NCBI RefSeq assembly: GCF_009914755.1 | Contig: NC_060926.1 | Length of the DNA stretch: 64,000 nucleotides | From: the human T2T-CHM13v2.0 reference genome, Homo sapiens | Strand: one strand, 5' to 3' | Part shown: positions 52,686 through 64,000 of the stretch, in pieces | Position numbering within the stretch: the stretch's first letter is position 1 | Layout of the letters: each line of letters begins with the position of its first letter | The notes under the pieces: generated by a model | Database searches by the model: none | What the model saw: only the letters and a program-made list of their open reading frames with translations | What the model was told of the DNA's origin: nothing | Position numbers and translations under genes: made by a program

Positions 52686-55684
52686 GTCTTTGTCTGGCTT
52701 TGGTATTAAAAATAACCTGACCTCATAAAGTGAGATGAGTATCCTATACTCCAATTACTGCAAAAGACTATTTTGCTATTGGTACTATTTCTTTAAACAT
52801 ATGACCAAATTCACCAGTGAAACCATCTGGGCATAGAGATTGGATGGGAAGGTTTAATTGCAAGAAACAGGGTTTTTCAGATTTTCAGATTTTCTCTGTC
52901 TTATTTTTTTCTAGTTTTGATAATTTAAGTCTTTCAAGAAATTTATCTATTTCATCAATTTGTCAAACTTATTGGCAGAAAGTATAAGTAATATGATATT
53001 ATTTTTTAATATCTGCAGGATTTACAGCATTATTTCAACTTTTCATCCTATTATAAGTATTTTGAGTATTCTATTTTCTTGGTCAGTCTAGTTAAAGGTT
53101 TATAAATTTTACTATTATGGTTTTTCAAAAAACAACTTTAGATTTTATTAATTTTAAACAATTATTAATTTGCTATTTCACTGATCTTTCTTTTTGTTGT
53201 ACTATTTCTGCCTTTTGGGGGTTTAAATTATTCTTGTTCTGGATTCTTAAGTGACAGCATGAAGTTTCATCTTAGGGTTAGTTTTATTAATTGTTTTTTT
53301 TCTCCTTAATACAAGCCTCATTTTTCTGCTTTTGGCATGTAACTTTTCTTTTTATTGCACACTGTGTAGATGATACATAGTCAAAAATCTAGATTGTGTT
53401 GTGTTTCTTCAAGGAAGGTGAAAATTTGTTTTGCTTTCAATCTTGTGACTAAATTTTGTTCTATTCAAGTATTGTTTTATCTTTTTGGGGATAGCTTATT
53501 TTGGTTATGCTCTGTATTTGAGGATATGGTTCTTTCTTTAGAATATGGTATAGAACTTTATCTTAAGAAATGGTTTTATTAAATCTCCACTGAATGCCTG
53601 AGGTTCCCAGCAAAGTCTCTCTGCTCAGGCCAGGTTGGAGCTCCACGTCTTCCATTATTTCACAACACACAGCTGTAAAATTAGCTGTAAGCAATAGAGT
53701 AGCCAATTTCTTTCCGGCCTTGTTATACTTTGTCTACACCTGATCAGGACCTGAAGTGAACCCCCATGCAGAATTCTGCCCCACTCCCAACACCATATGT
53801 AGCTCTCTCTTCTTTGATACCTTAGTCCACAAGTTCCAGACACATTAACACCCTGGAACTCCAGTCTTCACCCCTTCAGCTCAGTGACATCACTGCCCAC
53901 TGTGGGCTCCACCTGTCTGCAACTTAGTAGGGAAAAGTACCTACCTGCCTTGGAAGGTCCTAATGAGGAAGCCGGAAAAAATGCAGAGCTCACCATTCTG
54001 ATCCTTCTATTGCGTAATGCTTGGAAATAATATTACATAGTTTGCTTCACATAGTTTTTCCAATATTATGGTTGTAATGGTTGTATACAAAGAGAGAATA
54101 AATCCAGTGCCAGTTAAAACATCTTTGACTACCCTGCTTCTCCAGCCCTTCACCCTTCTTTATAAAATATATAATCATGTTAATGAGTGCCCCGGAAAGA
54201 CTTTTAGGATTTTGCTGGGATTGTGTTAAACCTATCAACCAATTTGGAGATAATGACATCTTCACAATATTACGTTGGGCATATCTCTCCATTTATTTAA
54301 ATTTCCATTAATAGTTCTTTGTTTTATATGTAATTTCTAAACATTGTAATGTGCTTCCATTGCTACTATCACATACCTATTATTTAATAGACCCTTACAC
54401 AATTTAAAGATTCATAGAAAGATCAAATGAAATGTCCCAAAACAGTTATCTAATTATGTTTAATACTTTTAGTGACAGAGCTCACTATAGCTAATTTTGT
54501 CAAACAATTAACCTTGCTATGAAGTTTTTCCTTATCATGAGCCAAAATTTTCCTTCCTGAAGCTCTGTGTCCTAATTTTACTCTGATTTTAAACAAATAC
54601 ATCTAATTCTTAATATTATTACTTAGTTTACATCATTTGCAAATTACTTTAAAAATTTTAAACTATTGTACAATTAATCTTCACTAAAAACTGGACATAA
54701 AGTGGAATTGGTACTATTTGTCCAATTTATGGGTAGAGAACATGGAAATCAGAGAGTTAAAACATATTTCAGTTCTCACAGTTGGTTAGCTAGAACTTTG
54801 GCTCTCAATTCACTATTATTTCCATCAATGCCAAGTTTAGTTTATTTCAATCTATTCTATGGAGCAAGGTGCAAGGTCACAAGAAGGTAAGAAACTGACA
54901 TTAAACTTCCTAAACTTTTCTAAAACACATATCTAACTTACAAGTTATAAGCAACTTTAAACTCCTTGGATATAGTCAGACTTGAACTGATGGTCTATTG
55001 TAAAGGGAGCACTTCCTGTCTTGTACTCGTTGGTGATCTACTTACTCAACCAGCAGAAAAGACTTACAAGATTCTCTCAACATTATCTGTCTTAGTAAAT
55101 CCAAGGTGACTTTAGATGCAATCAGTAATTGGTGGCACATTTAAGTTATTGGACTTATTATTAAAAAGAATTTTGAATGTGTGAGAGTAGATTGAAAATA
55201 AACTGAAGGAGGAAAGGGCATTAGCATTCATGAGCGGCCAAGAGTTTTGTTTGCTTCCTACTCATTCATCCAGCCAGCCCTGTGCGGTAGTTTGCATTAT
55301 CTTTATTTTACAGATGAGGATTGTGTGCTGAAGATCAAATTCTTTGACCTAGATACTCTGACACCACAGGGACTATTTTTTTTCTCAAATTTGCATGCCA
55401 CAGTGCACCAGAGAGATTTTTGAAAAGATATTTAATAAATGACAAAAATACCAGAAACTTTTACCAAATTCTGCTCTTTTAGCAATAGCAAATAAACTCA
55501 ACAATTAGCTGATTGAACAAAAAGAAGAAAATGTAGAAGGGGCTAAAAAGTATTTATTCATAACATATCAGGGACTTTGCTAAAAATTGTACACATATTT
55601 ATCATTGGAACACAACATGAACTTACAAAGCAGTTACTGATTTTATCTTCATTTTATAAATAAGAAAAACTGTATTTTAGAGAG

Positions 55685-56227
55685 TGTAATGGTTAATATT
55701 CAGTGTCAACTTGATTGGATTGAAGGATGCAAAGTATTCTTCCTGGGTGTGTCTCTGAGGGTGCTGCCAAAGGAGATTAACATTTGAGTCAGTGGACTGG
55801 AAGAGGCAGACTCACCCTCAATCTAGGTAGGCACCAGCTAATCAGCTGCCAGCATGGCTAGGATAAAGCAGGCAGAGGAATGTGGAAGGACTAGACTGGC
55901 TGACTCTTCCAGCCTCCATCTTTCTCCTATGGTGGATGCTTCCTGCCCTCAAACATCGGACTCCAAGTTTTTCAGCTTTTGGACTCTTGAACTTACACCA
56001 GTGGTTTGCCAGGGGCTCTTGGGCCTTCAGCCACAGACTGAAGGCTGCGCTGTCAGCTTCCCTACTTCTGAGGTTTGAGACTCGGACTGGCTTCCTTGCT
56101 CCTCAGCTTGCAGATGGCCTATTGTAGTACTTCACTTTGTGACTGTGTAAGTGAATACTTTTTAATAAACTCCTTTCATATATACATCTGTCCTATTAGT
56201 CCTGTCTCTCTAGAGAACCCTAATACA
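55685..56227 (+). mobile_element. MLT2A (probably MLT2A2) HERV-L solo LTR
   Basis: 'tgtaatggttaatattcagtgtcaacttgattggattgaaggatgc...ctagagaaccctaataca'; 543 bp; perfect TSD GAGAG; inserted in a MIR. Confidence 0.9.
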
Positions 56228-56325
56228 GAGAGTAAGTAATTTTTTCCAATTTTATGCAGCCAGCAGCAATAGGGGTGGCTAGGAGACACCAGCCTAAAAC
56301 CAGCTCATTCTTAAGCCTTTGTTTT

Positions 56326-57174
56326 TGAGACAGGAGAAGTTCCCTTGTCCCCCTCACAGGGCATGCAATGGGGGTGTGGATTGCGTCTTCAATGCCCTGC
56401 TGCTAAAACCTCTCTGGGAACATACAGATGGGCAGGCTGTGGGGCTCCAACCCCACAGCAGTGTCTAGGGTTGAATGTTTACAGCTGAAGCCCCAGTGGG
56501 CATGTATTACAGAGTGCTCTTTTAGTTTAGCTGTCTGTAGGCAACTTGTGTAAACCAGCTCAGTTAGACCCTCTACCTTCTCACAAGGACAGAAGACTTT
56601 CTGTGTCCAGGGTTCTTGCCTTGGTGTACTGGAAGAATCAGATCACATGTGGGCTTGGAGAATGAGTGCAAAGTTTTATTGAGTGGAAGTAGTTCTCAGC
56701 AGATGGCGGAGCCAGAAGGGAGATGGTTTTCCCCTGGAGTTGGGTTATGTGGCGGCCCCAGCTTTCTTCCGACTGGCCTGGGCAAACTCTGCCTCCTCCT
56801 GCTGGTCAATAGCCTGATGGCGGGCTGGCATCTGCCGGTGTGCTCTTCGGCCAGAGTGCTCCCCTTAACGTCCTCTCAACATCCAGCCACTTGTGTCTTC
56901 TTCCTCTGATCCGATCCTCTTGACTTCCGGCTGCCTGTGTGTCCGCCCGCTAGGGTCTCAGGTTCTTACACGCACAGGATAGGGGCGTGATAAGGCAGGG
57001 TGATCTTGGAAAATGCAATATTTGGGTGCAAAAGCAGGAGTGCCTGTCCTCACCTAGGTCTATGCGGGTGCAGCTCTAGCAAGGGACCCCCCTTTCTCTA
57101 CCCAGCACTCCCTGTCCCCGCTTCTGTATGACTGAAAGGGACCACGCTCTTCCCTTCCCAGCACTCTCATATCA
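56326..57174 (-). mobile_element. LTR1/LTR28/MER52-family ERV1 solo LTR
   Basis: 'tgagacaggagaagttcccttg...gggttcttgccttggtgtactggaagaatc...cccttcccagcactctcatatca'; approximate TSD GTTT. Confidence 0.75.
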
Positions 57175-57441
57175 GTTTCACTTACGTACAAAGATGGTAA
57201 AATACTGGGCCAGGAAAAAACATGGATTAAGGTAGAATAGGGTTAAGTTTTTGTGTTTTTTGTTTTTAAGGGTCTTTTTTCCCACAGTATGTGTAAGACA
57301 CCTCTGAAACATCCTAGTAAAGATGAAAATTATTTTACTAAACCTCTGCAACAAATCTCTGAGATAGAAACATTTATATCTCTATTTTATCAAATGTTTA
57401 GTGAGACCTAGAGAAAATAACTGCAACTTTCCCATGAACAC

Positions 57442-57820
57442 TGTACTAGTCCATTTCCACACTGCTATAAAGAACTTCCTGAGGCTGGGTAATTTACAAA
57501 GGAAAGAGGTGTAATTGACTTACAGTTCAGCATGGCTGAGGAGGCCTCAGGAAACTTACATTCATGGTGGAAGGCAAAGGGAGAGCAAGGAACCTTCTAC
57601 AAAAAGCAGCAGGAAGGAGAATGAATGCAGGAGGAACTACCAAATACTTATAAAACCATCAGATCTTGTGAGAACTCACTCATTATGATGAGAACAGCAT
57701 GAGGAAAACCGCCCCCATGATCCGATTACCTCCACTTAATCTCTCCCTTGACACCTGAGGATTATAGGGATTATAATTCAAGATGAGATTTGAGTGGGGA
57801 CACGAAGCCTAACCATATCA
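57442..57820 (-). mobile_element. THE1C/D solo LTR
   Basis: THE1 sequence with perfect TSD AACAC. Confidence 0.9.
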
Positions 57821-58399
57821 AACACAAAATTAGGAAATGTATACCTGAGGGCCTAGCCTGGGTCTGAGGCCCCCCCCAGTGGCCAAGTCCTCTCCTCTGT
57901 CTTCTCCATCCTCTTCTAATGGTCAGGCTATGATGCAAACACTCACAGATCGCAGTGAGGAAAAACACGCTGAGTTCCATGGTGATTGCTGGACCCAAAG
58001 CTCTTCACTTAGAAAATGCATAGTTGGGAGATTCATGGTCCCTCCTGCAGAGTAATCATCTCACAGATAAAATGCACAGGTGCATTGGTGCTGGCTCATG
58101 TCTGCGTTGATTTCCCAGAGGGGCTCATGCTCAAAAGTTGAGTAAAAAATGAGGACTTTAAGAGTGCTTAAAATTTTGAGTACCCAAAGAAGCACTTCTG
58201 AAGCACAGAAGTTAAACAGCTCATTAGTTAGGACTCCATCCTCTCAAAACACTGCAGAGATCCACACAGTGTTGCCTTGGACAGCAGCTGCTTCCTGGAA
58301 TCTTTATACTGTCACCACAACTCCTAAGCAAGAGGAAGAGACTTTTGGAATATTGGAGTAGAAAATGCAAGTGGAGATAATTAGTCTAATATTGTCCTG

Positions 58400-58759
58400 T
58401 GATGTGGTTTAGCTGTGTCCCCACCCAAATCTCATCTTGAATTGTTGCTCCTGTAATTGCCACGTGCCATGGAGTGACCCAGTGGGAGGTAATTGAATCA
58501 TGGGGGTGGGTCTTTCCCAGGCTGTTCTCGTGATAGTAAATACGTCTCACAAGATCTGATGGTTTTATAAAGGGCAGTTCCCCTGCACACGCTCTCTAGC
58601 CTGCTACCATGTAAGATGTGCCTTTGCTCTTCCTTTGCCTTCTGCCATGATTGTGAGGCCTCCCCAGCCACGTGAAACTGTGAGTCCATTAAAACTCTTC
58701 CTTTATATATTACTCAGTCTTGGGTATGTCTTTATTAGCAGCATGAGACAGATTAATAA
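58400..58759 (+). mobile_element. THE1C-like solo LTR
   Basis: 'tgatgtggtttagctgtgtccccacccaaatctcatcttgaattg...'; flanks TCCTG/TCCCA are consistent with CpG decay of a TCCCG TSD. Confidence 0.88.
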
Positions 58760-60717
58760 TCCCATTTTTAAAATGTCCTTACAAAAATAAGCTGACTGTT
58801 TAAGACCTGAGAATGACGAGGCTGAGTCAGTCTGGCCACACAGCCAGTTAGTGCAGGGCCAAGAACATAAAGGTCCCCTGACCCCCTGCCCAGCTCTTTT
58901 TTGCCATCAGAATGCTTCCTTATCATTTTACTGATAGACTTACTGTTCCCCACATTAAACATTAGATTTCTCTTTTTTGTGTGTGAATTGTTCTCCATTT
59001 GTCAGTTACATTCTAGTAAGTACCAAGTTCCCTGTGTTTCTCCTCACCACCAGGGAGGGCCCTGGGAAGTTGTCCACCTTGAGCCCACATAACCTTGTGA
59101 GCAACTTAGACACACTCCACGTCAAACTGCCTCAAGGGCACTTGGAGAGCTCTGAGAAGGCTGTGATGTGCACACCACGGGGGAAGCTCTCAGAGGATAT
59201 TGGCAGCAATTCAGTTGCCAACCAGCTGCAAAAAGCTTTAAAGGACAGTGTTGCATAAAAAATGAAAAATGTTGATTGAGGACATATTGCCCTTGATTGA
59301 ATGCTGAAGGAAACCTGCTGGCAGAAAAATAGATGAGAAAGGGAGAGGGGAAGGGAAAAGGGGAGCAGGGAAAAATAGGTTTGCCCACTTGAGCAGCTGT
59401 GGAGAAAGCTCTGTTTGTCCACCCACAATGAGCATCACATGGAGTGAGATGTCATGCTGTCTACCAGAAATCCAGGCCCCAAAATCGCTAGGGATCTTAC
59501 CATAGTTTGCCTTGGGACTTTCCAATGCTAAGAACTGTTCAAACCTTTGCTTTCCTAACTGGTTCCCATCCTTTCCAACTTTGCCTGAAGGCCCCAGAAG
59601 GGTAGGGCAGGAAGAGAATGCATATTTACAGCTTTTGAACGCAGGCTTGGGGCTTTATAATCCAGTGGCCATCGAAGATGTAACTTGGTTGTCTTCTTGG
59701 AAACACTAGCAGTGATTTTATCATTTATTCCTGTGGGAGATCTGGCTCCCTGCCAGCCAGGGACGGAGCTTTCTCTTACTTCCCAGCGTTGTACAGCCAG
59801 TGGTTTTAAATGTGATTGTTCTGAGGATTCCTCTCTGCAGAGTTCAGTTACTCACCAATCATCACTGCCCAAGGAGGATGCTTTTCTCAGAAATATTCTA
59901 GATGACTTGATTGAAGGAGGCTCCACTGTGATCTGAGCCAGATATGTTTACCCTAAGAGGACTCACGCTTATCATCCAGCACAATGGTGTCCTCTTACTA
60001 GAATTAGCATCTGCTGGATCACTGACTGCATTTCCACAGAACACAGAACAAAGCGGTTAAGATCCAGGGCATTGAGCCACGCCTTAAATCGAAGCATTGT
60101 CCACCTTCTAACCCCAAGCAGACACCAAGAGGGAGCCAACAACAGGGATCCTGAGAGGCAAAGGGAGTCCAAGGAGCTATGGGGAGAACTTTCCATCTTT
60201 GGGGATGAGAATGTGAAGCATCAATTTATGTGAAAACTACTGCTTGATTAAAGACAAGATTTTTGAAAGCCATCCTGTAAAACACCCTGTCCCACACATT
60301 GTTAAAGGTAAGAGGGCTAGACACAATGCTGTCACTGCAAAAAATTGAGTATTTCATAGTCTTCATCTCATAATTAGTATGGTAGTAATCAATATGACTG
60401 ATATAAAAAGAACTAGATATAAGTCTTTGTTTTTCTGACATCTTGTAGAGTTTTTGTAAGGCAATATTAAATAAAAATGTGTAGGGTAATGATATTGTAA
60501 GATCCTTTGTTGGTAAATGTGAAAAATTTCATAGATAACTCTTAATGATTGAGCCCCCTCTTTGTACACTATAGGAACATAGAACCAAATAATACTACCG
60601 ATAAATGTTTGTTGGATTAATAACTTCACAAAAGGATACAACTTTTCTGGAGAGATATCAATAGGACAAAGGCCTGTAATCTATCGATTCTACTTTTAGG
60701 AATATATCATAAAGTAA

Positions 60718-61042
<325 letters not shown>

Positions 61043-61044
61043 AA

Positions 61045-61440
61045 AATGAGAGAAAACTTTAAACAACCCAGAATGTTTAGTACCAAAGGCCTAGTTGAAT
61101 AAAACTGATCAGCCATGTAGTGCAACACTATGTAGACTTAAAAATGATATTGTAGAAGAACATTTAACCACATGAAAATACATGTTAAAAAGTTTGGTGA
61201 AAAAAGTAAGACAAATATCTAAATGGCATGTTCAATATAGAATATTTTTGATAAAACATAAGCATACACAAATATTCTGCAAGTATATTAATCTTTTTAA
61301 AATGTTAACATCAGTTTTTGGAATAAAGCAAGAGATGTTTTTAAAATATTTCTTTGTATTTAAATTTTGCATTTATTCTAAAATGAATGCTCATTACTCA
61401 TGTAATAAGAAAGTAATGAAAAAATAGTAAAAAATAAAAA
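61045..61440 (+). mobile_element. Old L1ME 3' end fragment
   Basis: 'aaacaacccagaatg...gttgaataaaactg...aatgaatgctcattactcatgtaataag' followed by an A-rich tail. Confidence 0.6.
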
Positions 61441-61707
61441 GGCCTCCATAAATTACATGTAATTTAATAATGAAAAACTACTTAGCTACTACCTACCAGG
61501 CCCTATATGGGCAGGCAGAGTGGAAGGTTCAAAGGAGAATTGATCAGTTCTGCTCTCCAAGCACTCATGATTCTGAGAACCAGAACAGAGAACAAGGAAG
61601 CAAAGGGTGAGAAACCAAATTTTCTAAGAGCATCAGTTTCTTAAAGTCAATATCATGGAGATATCTCTGAACCCGTGTTCCATTTCCTCATGTTTAATAG
61701 TTTCAGA

Positions 61708-62078
<371 letters not shown>

Positions 62079-63759
62079 TTAATGGAGCTCTTTTCAATCT
62101 TGAGCCATCAATTTTTCCAATGTAACCTATCATGGTAGAAACCTCCCAAATTATGGGGGTCTTCTCCATGATGAAGCTGAAGCACTCACTTTGCAACAAG
62201 TAACCCTTAAGTGACTCCCCAAAGATACAATGATATTATTGGTTTACTATTAACTCACTACAGTGACTTTAAGTGGTATGGCTGCCTAGAGAATTTACAG
62301 TCAGAGTTATTTCCCCTGGAAGAACAATATAAGGTGAGATGTTTGAGAGCAGAGACTCTTTTGTTAATGTCTGTGTCACCTATAAGTGGCAAAATACTTG
62401 CCACATAGAATTCTACTCAATGATACTGGTGTGTTTGCTAAAAAATCCTGTATAGCTGATTGAGGGTTCCAGCCATGAAGTTTGCATTTTACATCTGCAG
62501 TGCTGTGATGTTGTCCAGCTTCCTACGCGCAATGGCACTTCTCATTTTCCACTTTTTAATGACTCTTTAAATTCTTTATTTAATGACTCTTAAATTCTTT
62601 ATTGTTGCAACTTACAATAAGTAACATTGAATGAGCCCCTAGAATACAGCCTGGCACCTAGGTTCCTGATTTGAGGATGCCCAGTGTTGCCCAGGCCCTG
62701 TGGGCTGGACAAGGGAAGGCAATGTGAGGGCTGCACTCTGAGCCACTCCAGTCTGCCAGGAGAAATAGTGAAGTTGTGCCGCCATGTCACTGCTATCCAT
62801 ACTCTAAGACAACTTCAAGTACTTCAGCTGAGATGAGGTAAAGGGTGAAGGTTGAGGTCAAAATACAGCTAAGTAACAGAGCGCAGAACAGAAATACAAA
62901 GGAAGGGAGACAAAGGCGTGGATTCATCCGGTTGGCTGCTCAGTTCCATGCCAAGGGATGAACAGGTGTCTGTCTAGAAGCAAACTCTTAAATAAGAAAA
63001 GACCTACCTTAGAAATGTAGTCACATCTCCACTTGCTAAATTATGTGGCCTGTGGCATGTCACTGAGCCTCCGTTTCTGACTATATCATTAGGGCTATGA
63101 ATATCAAATGAATTAATGCATATGAATGGATTTTGTTGGCAGTAAAACAATATTCAAATCTATTATGCTCTCAATATGTGGAAGGAGGACCACTTTCACC
63201 AACATAACAAAAACTGGTGTTACCAATTTGTTATATATGAAGCATGCAGGAATAAAATCAGAGGAGCGTTCAAGCCAGCCCCCACCAGTTCCAGAGAGCT
63301 GACGGTATCCATCTTCTCCCAAATCTGCCTTCAGTGATCAGATGAGGGTAGTTTGCCATTGGCCACAGTGAGAATATTTACAGCATAGAATTTGGAAAAT
63401 GCTACAAATCAGGACCTCTTCATTCTCCGCTGGGAGAGGTTGTTAAACCTTACCAACACAAGACTGGATGAAGTGTCTGTTTTTTCCAGTTAATCTTTCT
63501 CATATCTGACAAGGATAAGATTTTTTTCTATTTGTTTCACACTAGCCCTTTCAGACACCAGCATTTCCCTGGATTAGCAAAATAATCAGCATTCACAAGA
63601 GGAGAGAGAATGAGAAAAAAAAAAAAGGCTCTAAATCTGAAGCCTGTGTCCATCTTTCTTAGAGGAATTTAAATTCCAAGGCCTATATATTCTTCAATTC
63701 CATATGGTACCATGAGGTCTCAGTAAATATCACTCAATGGCTCCAATTTAGTAACACTG

Positions 63760-63761
<2 letters not shown>

Positions 63762-63803
<42 letters not shown>
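63762..63803. repeat. (CA)n microsatellite, about 21 units
   Basis: Directly visible. Confidence 0.95.
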
Positions 63804-63806
<3 letters not shown>

Positions 63807-64000
63807 TCATCTGCCATCTGCTGGACTTCATGTGAGAGTCGGTAGTTTCAGTCAATGGAATGGTGCTCATAGACACGAACCTCTAACCTGATTGAGATAG
63901 TTTGAGTCAATAACTTCTTCCTGATTGTTGAAAGATTAATAACACATTTATATTCTTAAAAGTGGCATCAACCATAAGCTGATGGGAAAAATCAAGTTTT

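Larger units (their letters stand above)
48880..54310 (-). mobile_element. Old L1M LINE fragments hosting nested LTRs
   Basis: T-rich top strand with L1 antisense landmarks ('tgccaaactgttttccaaaatggttg', 'gctagaactccaagtgcaatgttgaata', 'attcaccagtgaaaccatctggg'). Confidence 0.8.

Noticed and set aside
59341-59370. Purine-rich G-tract run (possible G4 or triplex)
   Set aside because: Common low-complexity motif with no supporting context.
62557-62603. 24/23-bp tandem duplication; a similar one lies at ~25430-25480
   Set aside because: Ordinary slippage duplication with no sign of function.

Overview
Repeat-rich, AT-rich non-coding DNA from an anthropoid primate, most likely human; Alu, THE1/MST, MLT2A and MER50 elements support this. 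I could not identify the locus by eye. I find no credible protein-coding gene, tRNA, rRNA, CpG island or CRISPR array. The longer ORFs trace to repeats or chance. Content: about 10 Alus, old L1/L2/CR1/MIR fragments, hAT MITEs, many LTRs (two complete LTR-int-LTR THE1A-type elements, one nested inside an AluJ) and a 34-bp minisatellite. The most interesting non-repeat structure is at 32.4-35.6 kb. A hairpin-rich unique block runs from a strong splice acceptor to an AATAAA, and its 3' ~300 bp is duplicated in inverted orientation 2 kb downstream. Two more local templated duplications occur at 20.6/21.0 kb (with fold-back filler) and 46.7/48.3 kb, and a fold-back in a THE1 LTR created a second, inverted DUX4 motif. 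Repeat subfamily names come from recalled consensus sequences and need RepeatMasker/Dfam confirmation.
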